From Candidatus Moraniibacteriota bacterium (GTDB taxonomy: Bacteria > Patescibacteriota > Minisyncoccia > Moranbacterales > UBA1568), in contig JBATNG010000034.1 in NCBI GenBank assembly GCA_049290235.1, positions 3,686 through 67,685 on the forward strand: 64,000 nucleotides of DNA, read 5' to 3'. Position numbers and translations under genes: made by a program. This document shows positions 56,659-64,000 of the stretch, piece after piece (the stretch's first letter is position 1; every line of letters starts with the position of its first letter). The notes under the pieces are model-generated. The model worked only from the letters and a program-made list of their open reading frames with translations, did no database searches and was not told the origin of the DNA.

Positions 56659-56729
56659 TTCGTTTTTGTGTTCTTACCTGTTAAAATTATAGCAAATAGG
56701 CTTGGAAAAAGAAAAAATGTAAAGACAGG

Positions 56730-58430
56730 ATGGAACTTATGTCAGATTTGGAAGGTGGGCCGTTCGCAGAGAAACTGAAGGGAGCGATTGCGGGACGAGT
56801 GATCCCCAAGGCTTCAAGCGTAGAGGGACCGGCAATTGCTGACCCGGTTCTTTCGGCTGACAGTAAATCAGGACGGAGAGCACCAGAAGGGAAACCGGAG
56901 AGGGAAAAGTATGAAGGGAAAGGCGGATCAGTTCCAGGACGGGCAATCCATCATCGGGGCGGTTTGGGAACGTGGGCTGAGACGTCGACCTTAGTTTCGG
57001 TTGAGACACAGGTGGAGGGTCGAAACGAGAAAGGACACAATCCTCAGGAACTGATGGACAATATTGAAAAGGCACATACCCTCTTAATGGCCTTGGCATT
57101 GGAACACCCTGAAGCAGAGCTGGATATCAATGGTCAGAATTTCCAGGATTCCGTCAGGGCCGACCTCGAAAAGGCAAAGCAATCAATTGCACCGTATCTC
57201 GAACCTGGAGACTTATCGGAAGTGAATCGTTCGGCAGCCTACTTGGATGCTATTGATACCCTCCGGACGGTCCAGGTGAATTTTGAAGACTATATCAAGG
57301 CGATCCAAGCAGTGATCGAATCGGTTCGTCAAGAGGAAAAATCGAAAGACAGTCGTCAGGCTGCAAGTTTGAAGCCTACTCGCCCGTCCGTTGGAAGAGA
57401 AGAAGATCGTAAACCTGGGTCACGGCGAGGGCGTGAGGGAAGCGCGGTGTCTTCGAGCAGAAATGTGGAAGGGGAAAAGAGTAAGGACGGACCATTAGTG
57501 CAGTCGGTTGAAGTTGAGCCTGGTGAGAGTATCGAGGAAAAAGTCGCGAAGCTGGGGGAGCTCACTGCACGATGGAAGACGCTTCATTCAGGATTTCCTA
57601 AAGACTATCTCTTACATGCAATCAGGAAGGGGTGGAAGGGTGATCTCCCGATGATGAAAGCGGGAGAGTGGTTGAAATCGGGCACTGATCCGAAGAAATG
57701 GAATGCCGACAAACGAGTACATTTTGAAACAAATGTACTCGTTCCAATGGAGAAGTGGGTCATGAAAGCGGAGAAAGCTGCGCCAAAATTGCGTGAGAAG
57801 TGGCAAGAATCGAGAGATGCGCAGGAAAGGAAAAAAACATCACCTGATACGCTCGTTGCTTTGGAAAAGGAGATGCCTCAACCAGTTGTAGTTGAAGCAT
57901 CGGCAGAAGCCGCACCTGCCGTCTCGGTTGGAGAACCAGTGGTTGTCGAGGATCAGTCAGCTGCTGCTCTAGGGGCCGGAGCGGAGCCTACTGTCGTTGC
58001 GACCGATATCCAAAGAGAGCCAGATGCGCCGGATCAGTCTGATCCTGCGATAGCACCTCTTCCGGCGGGAGACCAGGCAGTACTTCCTGATCCGGTTGAA
58101 GCAAAGCCAAAAACAAATGTGAGTGAGATTCGAACTGGCCGTCCCATTGTTGATATCGAGGATTTGACGGCATGGGAACGTTCGGCGGAACAGAACCAGT
58201 TGCGGCGAGAACTGTTCTCGTTGAGAGATAGCTTCGTTTCTCGTCTCGAAGAGCAATTGCGGGAGAAGAAAAAAGATCCTGCAGAGTGTGCACCTGCGAT
58301 TTCACAGGCACTCAGATTGTATCTCTTGGCAAAGATACCGGTAGTGATAGGCAAAATTGAACTCACTGCTTCCGATACAGGGACACTTATGGGAGAATTG
58401 ATGGGAGAAGACCCTGTGAACAAATCCTAG
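56730..58430 (+). CDS. Large hypothetical acidic/lysine-rich protein (566 aa)
   Basis: Long ORF with low-complexity coiled-coil-like composition. No family recognised. Confidence 0.45.
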   Translation: MELMSDLEGGPFAEKLKGAIAGRVIPKASSVEGPAIADPVLSADSKSGRRAPEGKPEREKYEGKGGSVPGRAIHHRGGLGTWAETSTLVSVETQVEGRNEKGHNPQELMDNIEKAHTLLMALALEHPEAELDINGQNFQDSVRADLEKAKQSIAPYLEPGDLSEVNRSAAYLDAIDTLRTVQVNFEDYIKAIQAVIESVRQEEKSKDSRQAASLKPTRPSVGREEDRKPGSRRGREGSAVSSSRNVEGEKSKDGPLVQSVEVEPGESIEEKVAKLGELTARWKTLHSGFPKDYLLHAIRKGWKGDLPMMKAGEWLKSGTDPKKWNADKRVHFETNVLVPMEKWVMKAEKAAPKLREKWQESRDAQERKKTSPDTLVALEKEMPQPVVVEASAEAAPAVSVGEPVVVEDQSAAALGAGAEPTVVATDIQREPDAPDQSDPAIAPLPAGDQAVLPDPVEAKPKTNVSEIRTGRPIVDIEDLTAWERSAEQNQLRRELFSLRDSFVSRLEEQLREKKKDPAECAPAISQALRLYLLAKIPVVIGKIELTASDTGTLMGELMGEDPVNKS

Positions 58431-58434
58431 GACT

Positions 58435-61400
58435 ATGGAATCAAAACCCACAATAATGAATGGAGGTGTTGAGGCACCATCAAGCGCTCAGGAGATAATT
58501 GATACATTTCTGGCGGAGGAATTAGCTGCGATCGAACCAAAGACCGCTACTCCTGCGGCGGCTGATGCTGTGCCACCTGCTAAGCCGGAGCCCACTCAGG
58601 AGGAAGTAGATGCGTATCTGGAAAAATTGGAAAAGGATAGGAAGGGAGTTAGTCCGTTTGGGTATGACAAAGCTCAAGTCGAGCGAGCAGAGGATGAAAT
58701 GCAGGCGAACAATCGAATCGCTGGACGTTCCAAAGAAGACCCGCTCATAGTTCTGCCTGAAGAAGGGAAAATAGACGGTGCGGATCCGAGCCTTTCGCTA
58801 GGTGTGGCAGATCCGGGAGAGGATGGGGAGGATTTAAAAACGAACATGGATGCTGCTGTGGATGACCCTGGAGTCACTACATCTCTACCTCTGCCAACTA
58901 TCGAGCCTTCTTCCATCATCGAAACAGGAAAGAAGTCGAGAAAGAAGAAGAGTGTTCCGAGTTCGGCACCGGCAGCACCTGATGTGACTGGGTCGACCGC
59001 GCAGGTCGGGGAGCCAGATCCCAAGCCGGTATCTTCCGAGGCGGGAAGGTTTAAACTTCCAAAAATAAAAAAAGGTGAATCAATAAAGCTTCGGGCACCT
59101 GATGGCACTGTTCATACCCTAGCGCATAAAGCGAGCGGGTACTGGATCTCAAAAGAAGGGGACTCGAAAGAAGCTTCTATCGCATTGTCGAGTGCCAGAC
59201 AGCATGCCAAGGACGGTGGATGGGTGCTCCTGAAAGAAGGTTCGGGAGTAGTTGGGGCGGAACCTGATGCTCAAGCGCCGAGTCCAGATGCGGCGGCAAC
59301 ACCCAAAGCTGATCCGATCGAACCAGATGCTGCGACCACAGTGCCGCAAGCAGAACCGCTTCCACAGCCGTCAGTGGTCCCGCGAGTTGAACCAATTCAG
59401 ACGCCTGAACCACTACCGATACTAAATGGGGTGGATATCGCGACGGCACTCGTTCTTCTCGATGCTGGAAGCAAACTCGTTTACCGACGGGAAAATGGCA
59501 CGGAGATACGAGTCCAAAAAGAATCGGAGCAATACTGGGTCTACGAAAAGGATGATTCTGGATTCGTCACGGTAGATGCTCTTGGTTTGGAAGATATGGC
59601 AGAGCGTGAGGGCTGGCAATCAGTCGAGGCGCTACCCTTGTTGGGTGCGCAGGGTGAAGCTAAGCCAGACGTGGCGGAGCAAGATGCCAAAATTGCCAAG
59701 TTCCGGGAAGCGGTGACCGCCGCGCGGACCGCTTTCATCACGGCCGAGGAATCGCAAGGGAGCTCTTGGAAGAAGCTGATGCAGACATTTCGCACGCTGA
59801 AACATCGCGAGTCCGATGATCATGATATCCAAGCCTATCACAATGCTTATGATCAGGCTGTCTTGGCGCTGCTGGCGGCTGAGCTGGAGAAATTGAAACA
59901 GTCGGGCTTGAGTTTGCAACAGCTTCGGCCGGAGATGGCCGCGCTCATCCGTGAGTCCCAATTCGACGAGGCCGAACGGATCTATACTGAGCGTCGACAG
60001 CAGCGACTCGAGAAAACAAATCAGTCGCTCGGTGAGAAGTTGGACGCCCGTTGGAAGGAAACGATCGGTAGCCTCGAAGCTGAGGCGGGGAAAGGGGAGA
60101 AATGGAAGCAATACATCAAGTATTTCCTCGGTGCATCGGCCACCTTGGGCAAAGCGGCTGCCCAGGGAATAGAGAAACTCGGTCAGGCCAACAATGAGTT
60201 CTCGAAGAAATATGGCAAGTATATCCTGATCGCGACCGTCACGGTGGGTGGGGCAGTCGCGCTTGGAGCAGCCACAGGAGGAGTGGCATCGGTCGCGATC
60301 GGTGGACTGGCTTTGAAGCGCTTGTTGGGCGGGGCAGGGCTCGCGGTCGGGCTCGAAGGAGGGATGAATTATCTGGTGAATACTCGCCGCGACAAGAAAC
60401 GGGAACGAGTCGAAGTGGACCAAGCAGGGTTCTTCCGGGCGATGGAGGATGAACAGGAAACCAGGGAAGTCGCGGCGATAGCCAAAGGGGAAACCATGAG
60501 TCAGGAAGTCGACCTCTCGCAGCTCGAGGTGTTCTTGAAAGCGGAAGCTGCCAAGGCGCGGAAGGGCGAAGGGGCAAGGCGACGGAATGAACTGTTGCGG
60601 AAATCGGGCGCCGTCTTTGCTGGCGCGCTACTTGGATCGGGAGCCCTATCCCATCTCGCCCATGGATATTTCAGTGGTTCGACTCAGGCGGCGCTTGAAA
60701 CGGCTCCGACCGCGGGGGGTCCCGTAGCCGAAGCCTCGATCCCTCAGTCGGGAACAATACCTATAGAACAGGCCGTACCGGATACTGCCGTCGGTGGTCC
60801 ACAGGGCGGCGTAGCCCCAACCATTGACGGTGCAGCAAGGACGGGTATCCCATTAGATTTTGTGTCGGATGGAGCAGAGGGTGCACCGACAGTACCGTCG
60901 ACCGAACAGAGTCTCGGTCTCACTGATAAAGCTAAGGATTTCATCGCGAGTCATGATGTGAAGCGCGGTGACAGTATCTGGAAGCTGGCAAAGGGTGCGG
61001 TCAAGGATGTGCCGGACATGGATGAGCGCGCGTCAAATCGATTTGCCAAACTCGTCGAGTTGAAACTGCAAGCAAAACTTGATGCTAGTCCGGATATGGC
61101 GCGCGCCGCTGGCTTCGTCGCGGGTCCCGATGGGAAATTTTCTCCTAGCTATATCCAGGCGGGAGCCAAGCTTGAACTCGGCAAGCTCATCTCGGCGGAT
61201 GAGATGAACAAACTCATCGAAGAAGCCAAGGGTAGTGCGCCGATCGAAGTTGCGGCACCAACTGGACCATCAGCCGATGTATCTCCAGGGAAGGGTGGCG
61301 GGATTACACCTGATACTGTGAGCAAACCCGCGGGAGGCAGAGACATTTACCCACGTCTGGTCAAGGCTTTTGAAGAAAGCCAAGCTGCCAGTGCGGCTGG

Positions 61401-61923
61401 TCGACTCGAGTCCGTCATAGTCCCGGATGATGCCGTGGATGGCGTCGTCGAGCTTCGTCCGGAAACAGAACTTTTAAGTCCGACCGGCAACGTAATGACC
61501 TATGTCGAGAGCTTGCCAGCCGACGCTCAGAAAGATATCTTCCGAAACTTCAAACATGTCTCAGAGCAGATCTTTCGAACGGATGAAGTAATGAATACTG
61601 AAGGGTATGATCGGAACTTCAACCCGATTTCGCAGACCGAACTCGCGAAGGCGAAACTAGCCGTTGTGTTATCGAACCACGACGCACTCGTGAAGAACCC
61701 GCTTTCATCTTATGACCGGGTGAAGAATCCACTGCACTGGTCGCAGATGGAAACGGTCGCGAAACTCTCGAAAGCAGCCGGGAAAACATTCGGAACTGAA
61801 CTCGCTCGTGCCCGAACCGGGGAATCGATCCAGGAGTATGTGCTCCGTGTCGTGGCGTTGGCGGGGCATGAAGGCAAAGCGATCCCTGGGTTCCTTAGTA
61901 ACTCTCTCCGATCTCAACGCTAA
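58435..61923 (+). CDS. Giant hypothetical protein (1162 aa) with Pro/Ala/Thr/Glu-rich linkers and a Gly/Ala-rich hydrophobic segment
   Basis: 'PDAQAPSPDAAATPKADPIEPDAATTVPQAEPLPQPSVVPRVEPIQTPEPLP' and 'YILIATVTVGGAVALGAATGGVASVAIGGLAL'. Starts 5 nt after the previous ORF. Confidence 0.5.
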   Translation: MESKPTIMNGGVEAPSSAQEIIDTFLAEELAAIEPKTATPAAADAVPPAKPEPTQEEVDAYLEKLEKDRKGVSPFGYDKAQVERAEDEMQANNRIAGRSKEDPLIVLPEEGKIDGADPSLSLGVADPGEDGEDLKTNMDAAVDDPGVTTSLPLPTIEPSSIIETGKKSRKKKSVPSSAPAAPDVTGSTAQVGEPDPKPVSSEAGRFKLPKIKKGESIKLRAPDGTVHTLAHKASGYWISKEGDSKEASIALSSARQHAKDGGWVLLKEGSGVVGAEPDAQAPSPDAAATPKADPIEPDAATTVPQAEPLPQPSVVPRVEPIQTPEPLPILNGVDIATALVLLDAGSKLVYRRENGTEIRVQKESEQYWVYEKDDSGFVTVDALGLEDMAEREGWQSVEALPLLGAQGEAKPDVAEQDAKIAKFREAVTAARTAFITAEESQGSSWKKLMQTFRTLKHRESDDHDIQAYHNAYDQAVLALLAAELEKLKQSGLSLQQLRPEMAALIRESQFDEAERIYTERRQQRLEKTNQSLGEKLDARWKETIGSLEAEAGKGEKWKQYIKYFLGASATLGKAAAQGIEKLGQANNEFSKKYGKYILIATVTVGGAVALGAATGGVASVAIGGLALKRLLGGAGLAVGLEGGMNYLVNTRRDKKRERVEVDQAGFFRAMEDEQETREVAAIAKGETMSQEVDLSQLEVFLKAEAAKARKGEGARRRNELLRKSGAVFAGALLGSGALSHLAHGYFSGSTQAALETAPTAGGPVAEASIPQSGTIPIEQAVPDTAVGGPQGGVAPTIDGAARTGIPLDFVSDGAEGAPTVPSTEQSLGLTDKAKDFIASHDVKRGDSIWKLAKGAVKDVPDMDERASNRFAKLVELKLQAKLDASPDMARAAGFVAGPDGKFSPSYIQAGAKLELGKLISADEMNKLIEEAKGSAPIEVAAPTGPSADVSPGKGGGITPDTVSKPAGGRDIYPRLVKAFEESQAASAAGRLESVIVPDDAVDGVVELRPETELLSPTGNVMTYVESLPADAQKDIFRNFKHVSEQIFRTDEVMNTEGYDRNFNPISQTELAKAKLAVVLSNHDALVKNPLSSYDRVKNPLHWSQMETVAKLSKAAGKTFGTELARARTGESIQEYVLRVVALAGHEGKAIPGFLSNSLRSQR

Positions 61924-62147
61924 CAAAAAGCAGAAACAAGCGCTTGTCTCATAAAATATCCAGATTTCGGCTGAAAACCTCTCAACGCTCGTCAGGGTAT
62001 CAAGGTAGCCCTCCCTGCCCGAAATGCTACGCATACCGTTGCAGGCGGGCTCACGTTTCAAGCTTTTCCTCTCGAAATCTGAATATTTTCTCGAGACATG
62101 AGATTTGAGAGCGTTACTTATGCTAAACTAATAGAAAATAGATACCT

Positions 62148-62450
62148 ATGGATATCGACTACTCGAAAATCGAAGCGGAACTCATCGAATCGCTCGCGCT
62201 CGCGGGTTTGCCGAAGCCGAAGCAAGAAGAGCTCCTCGCCAAGATGCTCGAAGCACTCCTGAAGCGGATCTTCATGGAAACAATGGAGCGGCTCGGCGAA
62301 CAGGGGATGACGGACTACGAAGCACTCATCGAGACGGCGCCATCCGAGGCGGCAGTCGGGAAATTCCTCGACGAGCGTATCCCGGAGTATAGTACGTTTG
62401 TCCAGCATATCGTCGATCAGTTCAAGAAAGATATCAAAGCGACGGTCTAA
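62148..62450 (+). CDS. Small helical hypothetical protein (100 aa)
   Basis: Clean ORF. No family recognised with confidence. Confidence 0.4.
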   Translation: MDIDYSKIEAELIESLALAGLPKPKQEELLAKMLEALLKRIFMETMERLGEQGMTDYEALIETAPSEAAVGKFLDERIPEYSTFVQHIVDQFKKDIKATV

Positions 62451-62454
62451 CGGT

Positions 62455-62859
62455 ATGTGGGAATTCCTCTCTCGAAAAAAAGAAACGCCGCTGGTCATCG
62501 CCGAACCGACGGTTTCGACTCCACCGGTGCCAGAGGGTGCCCCCGTCGTCGAACAGGCGACCGAACAGGCGACGGAGCAGGTGAATGAAAAGTATGCTGC
62601 TATCTTGTCTCAGACGGGTGGCCAGAGTGCTCCGTCGGATGGTGTGGTCAGCGATGATGCGAGTCAGGTGAGTCAGGCGACGGATGCGGCGAGCCGCGTG
62701 ACGCAGCTCGTCGAGCTCGCCCAGGTGAAGGGAGTCGCCCACGCTGTAGCGGTCGCTCGCAAGTTGAATGATTTCTATGTCCTCGACACGATGCATGACG
62801 AACTCGCCGACCGGCTCTATGAAGCACTGAAGGCGAAGGGGCTGATCCAAGGAGAATAG
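62455..62859 (+). CDS. Small hypothetical protein with a TEQA-type 12-nt tandem repeat
   Basis: Start taken at MWEFLSRKK. Contains gcgaccgaacag repeated about 2.5 times at 62555-62590. Confidence 0.35.
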   Translation: MWEFLSRKKETPLVIAEPTVSTPPVPEGAPVVEQATEQATEQVNEKYAAILSQTGGQSAPSDGVVSDDASQVSQATDAASRVTQLVELAQVKGVAHAVAVARKLNDFYVLDTMHDELADRLYEALKAKGLIQGE

Positions 62860-62880
62860 GATTCAACAAAAACAAACAGC

Positions 62881-64000
62881 ATGCTCTCCGAATTCGATTT
62901 GAATGTCGTGCTCCTTCCGTTGGCATACCTTTCGGGCCTGCTCGCTTTTGTTTCGGGGATTTTCCTCGTCGTGAAGAGTTTTCTCCTGATACGGTTTGAA
63001 GTTTCGCAATCGCTCAATCTCGATCTCGAGACTGTCCAGGTGAGCAAGAAGACGGTCGCAGACGGCGCCTCGCATACGGCCGAGGAATGGCGCGAAGAAA
63101 TCCGCGCGATGGACCAACTCCTCGCTTCGCTTGCTTCACTGAAACGTCATTTTCCTTGGTGGAAGCGTCTTTTTTTTGAGCCACCGCATGTTGTTTTTGA
63201 GATTGCGAACCCATCTTCGAGTGAGGAGATCTTCTTCTACTTGTCGGTCCCAAAGCATTATCGGGAGAGCGTGGAGAAGCAAATTCATAGTTTCTTCCCA
63301 CAATCCGCGATCGAAAAGGTACCGGACTATACGATCTTTTCGCCCACAGGTGAGACGGCGGTCTCTCTTCTCGAACTTTCAGCGGGATTCGCCCTGCCCT
63401 TGAAGACATACAAGACGCTCATGGTGGATCCTCTGAATGAGATCTCCAATGCGCTCTCCAAACTCGAGACCGTGTCCGAAGGAGCGGCCATCCAGATCGT
63501 CCTCGCTCCGGCACCGGCTGGGTGGCGCCATGGTAGTCGACATATCGCACAGAAAATGCAGGAGGGGAAGCGGCTCAAGGACGCGCACCCTGAGTCGTTT
63601 GCCACGATGGTAGGGAAGTCCGCACTACAGGGCGTCACTCATGTCGTCTTGCAGCAGGATGCGAAAGAACAGCGCCAAGAGGAGAAGAAACCGGTCGCCC
63701 TGACGCCGGAGGAACAGGAGCTCGTGAAGACGATTGACGCCAAGGCCAGTCAATCTGCGTTTTCTGTGAATATCCGTCTCCTCGCTTCCGCTGCGACCAA
63801 GGACCGGGCTGAGGCCATCTTGAGTCACCTAGAGAACGCGTTCTCCCAGTTCGAAAACCCTGAAGTGAACCGTTTCCGAGTGAAAAAGCGTTTGTCTACA
63901 AAGAAGGCTGCCTATCACTATATTTTCCGCAATTTCGATCCGGAGGCGGCCATGGTCCTGTCCTCAGATGAGGTGGCAAGCTTTTTCCACTTCCCGATTT
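62881..64000 (+). CDS. Membrane-anchored hypothetical protein, 3' partial (runs off the window); absent from the supplied ORF track
   Basis: Manual translation from ATG 62881 gives 373 codons without a stop: MLSEFDLNVVLLPLAYLSGLLAFVSGIFLVV (TM) ... FEIANPSSSEEIFFYLSVPKHYRESVEKQIHSFFP. Confidence 0.5.
   Translation, partial: MLSEFDLNVVLLPLAYLSGLLAFVSGIFLVVKSFLLIRFEVSQSLNLDLETVQVSKKTVADGASHTAEEWREEIRAMDQLLASLASLKRHFPWWKRLFFEPPHVVFEIANPSSSEEIFFYLSVPKHYRESVEKQIHSFFPQSAIEKVPDYTIFSPTGETAVSLLELSAGFALPLKTYKTLMVDPLNEISNALSKLETVSEGAAIQIVLAPAPAGWRHGSRHIAQKMQEGKRLKDAHPESFATMVGKSALQGVTHVVLQQDAKEQRQEEKKPVALTPEEQELVKTIDAKASQSAFSVNIRLLASAATKDRAEAILSHLENAFSQFENPEVNRFRVKKRLSTKKAAYHYIFRNFDPEAAMVLSSDEVASFFHFPI

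Overview
The window is a 64-kb chromosomal segment of a high-GC (about 55-60% by eye) bacterium. Nearly every gene is on the + strand, genes are tightly packed, and most are housekeeping. Gene content and style (glycolysis core only, GT-C glycosyltransferases, comEC, a DGR, long low-complexity proteins, enzymes carrying insertions) suggest a Patescibacteria/CPR-like genome, but that is inference only.

Recognisable core genes run in this order: ftsK (5' partial), rodZ-like, recA, a lytic-transglycosylase-like secreted protein, rpsF-ssb-rpsR, efp, gyrB, rplY, pth (-), an LCP protein (-), lepB, hisS, HIT, rpsU-yqeY, ybeY, dgkA, ftsA-ftsZ, nrdR, comEC (split in two), ndk, tRNA-Pro(GGG), a GIY-YIG nuclease, GT2, galT, tpiA, fba, gap, a D-aminoacylase-like amidohydrolase, murD, csoR, trxB, murA, mreB, two GT4 genes, holB, ftsQ-like, two GT-C membrane glycosyltransferases (-) and two very large low-complexity proteins.

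Four accessory features stand out.
1. A complete diversity-generating retroelement lies at 43.3-45.8 kb. It comprises a target gene whose 3' end carries a variable repeat (VR), a 127-bp template repeat (TR) that differs from the VR only at TR adenines (18 of 18 mismatches), an Avd-like four-helix-bundle gene on the opposite strand, and a reverse transcriptase with the LGNLTSQ and YADD motifs. The architecture is unusual: avd sits antisense between TR and RT, and a G10 homopolymer lies at the avd/RT junction.
2. Immediately upstream, a low-GC AbiEii-type (DUF1814 nucleotidyltransferase) toxin-antitoxin cassette is inserted into the 3' end of trxB. The trxB tail is duplicated, about 95% identical over roughly 66 nt.
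3. A low-GC islet follows ftsZ. It encodes a short HipA_C-like (HipT-like) Ser/Thr kinase with a small downstream partner ORF.
4. The first GT4 gene carries two in-frame 4x heptanucleotide tracts (AACCTAC and GCTACAA), and related heptamers sit in its upstream spacer. This is a classic phase-variation signature.

No CRISPR array, rRNA or transposase was seen.
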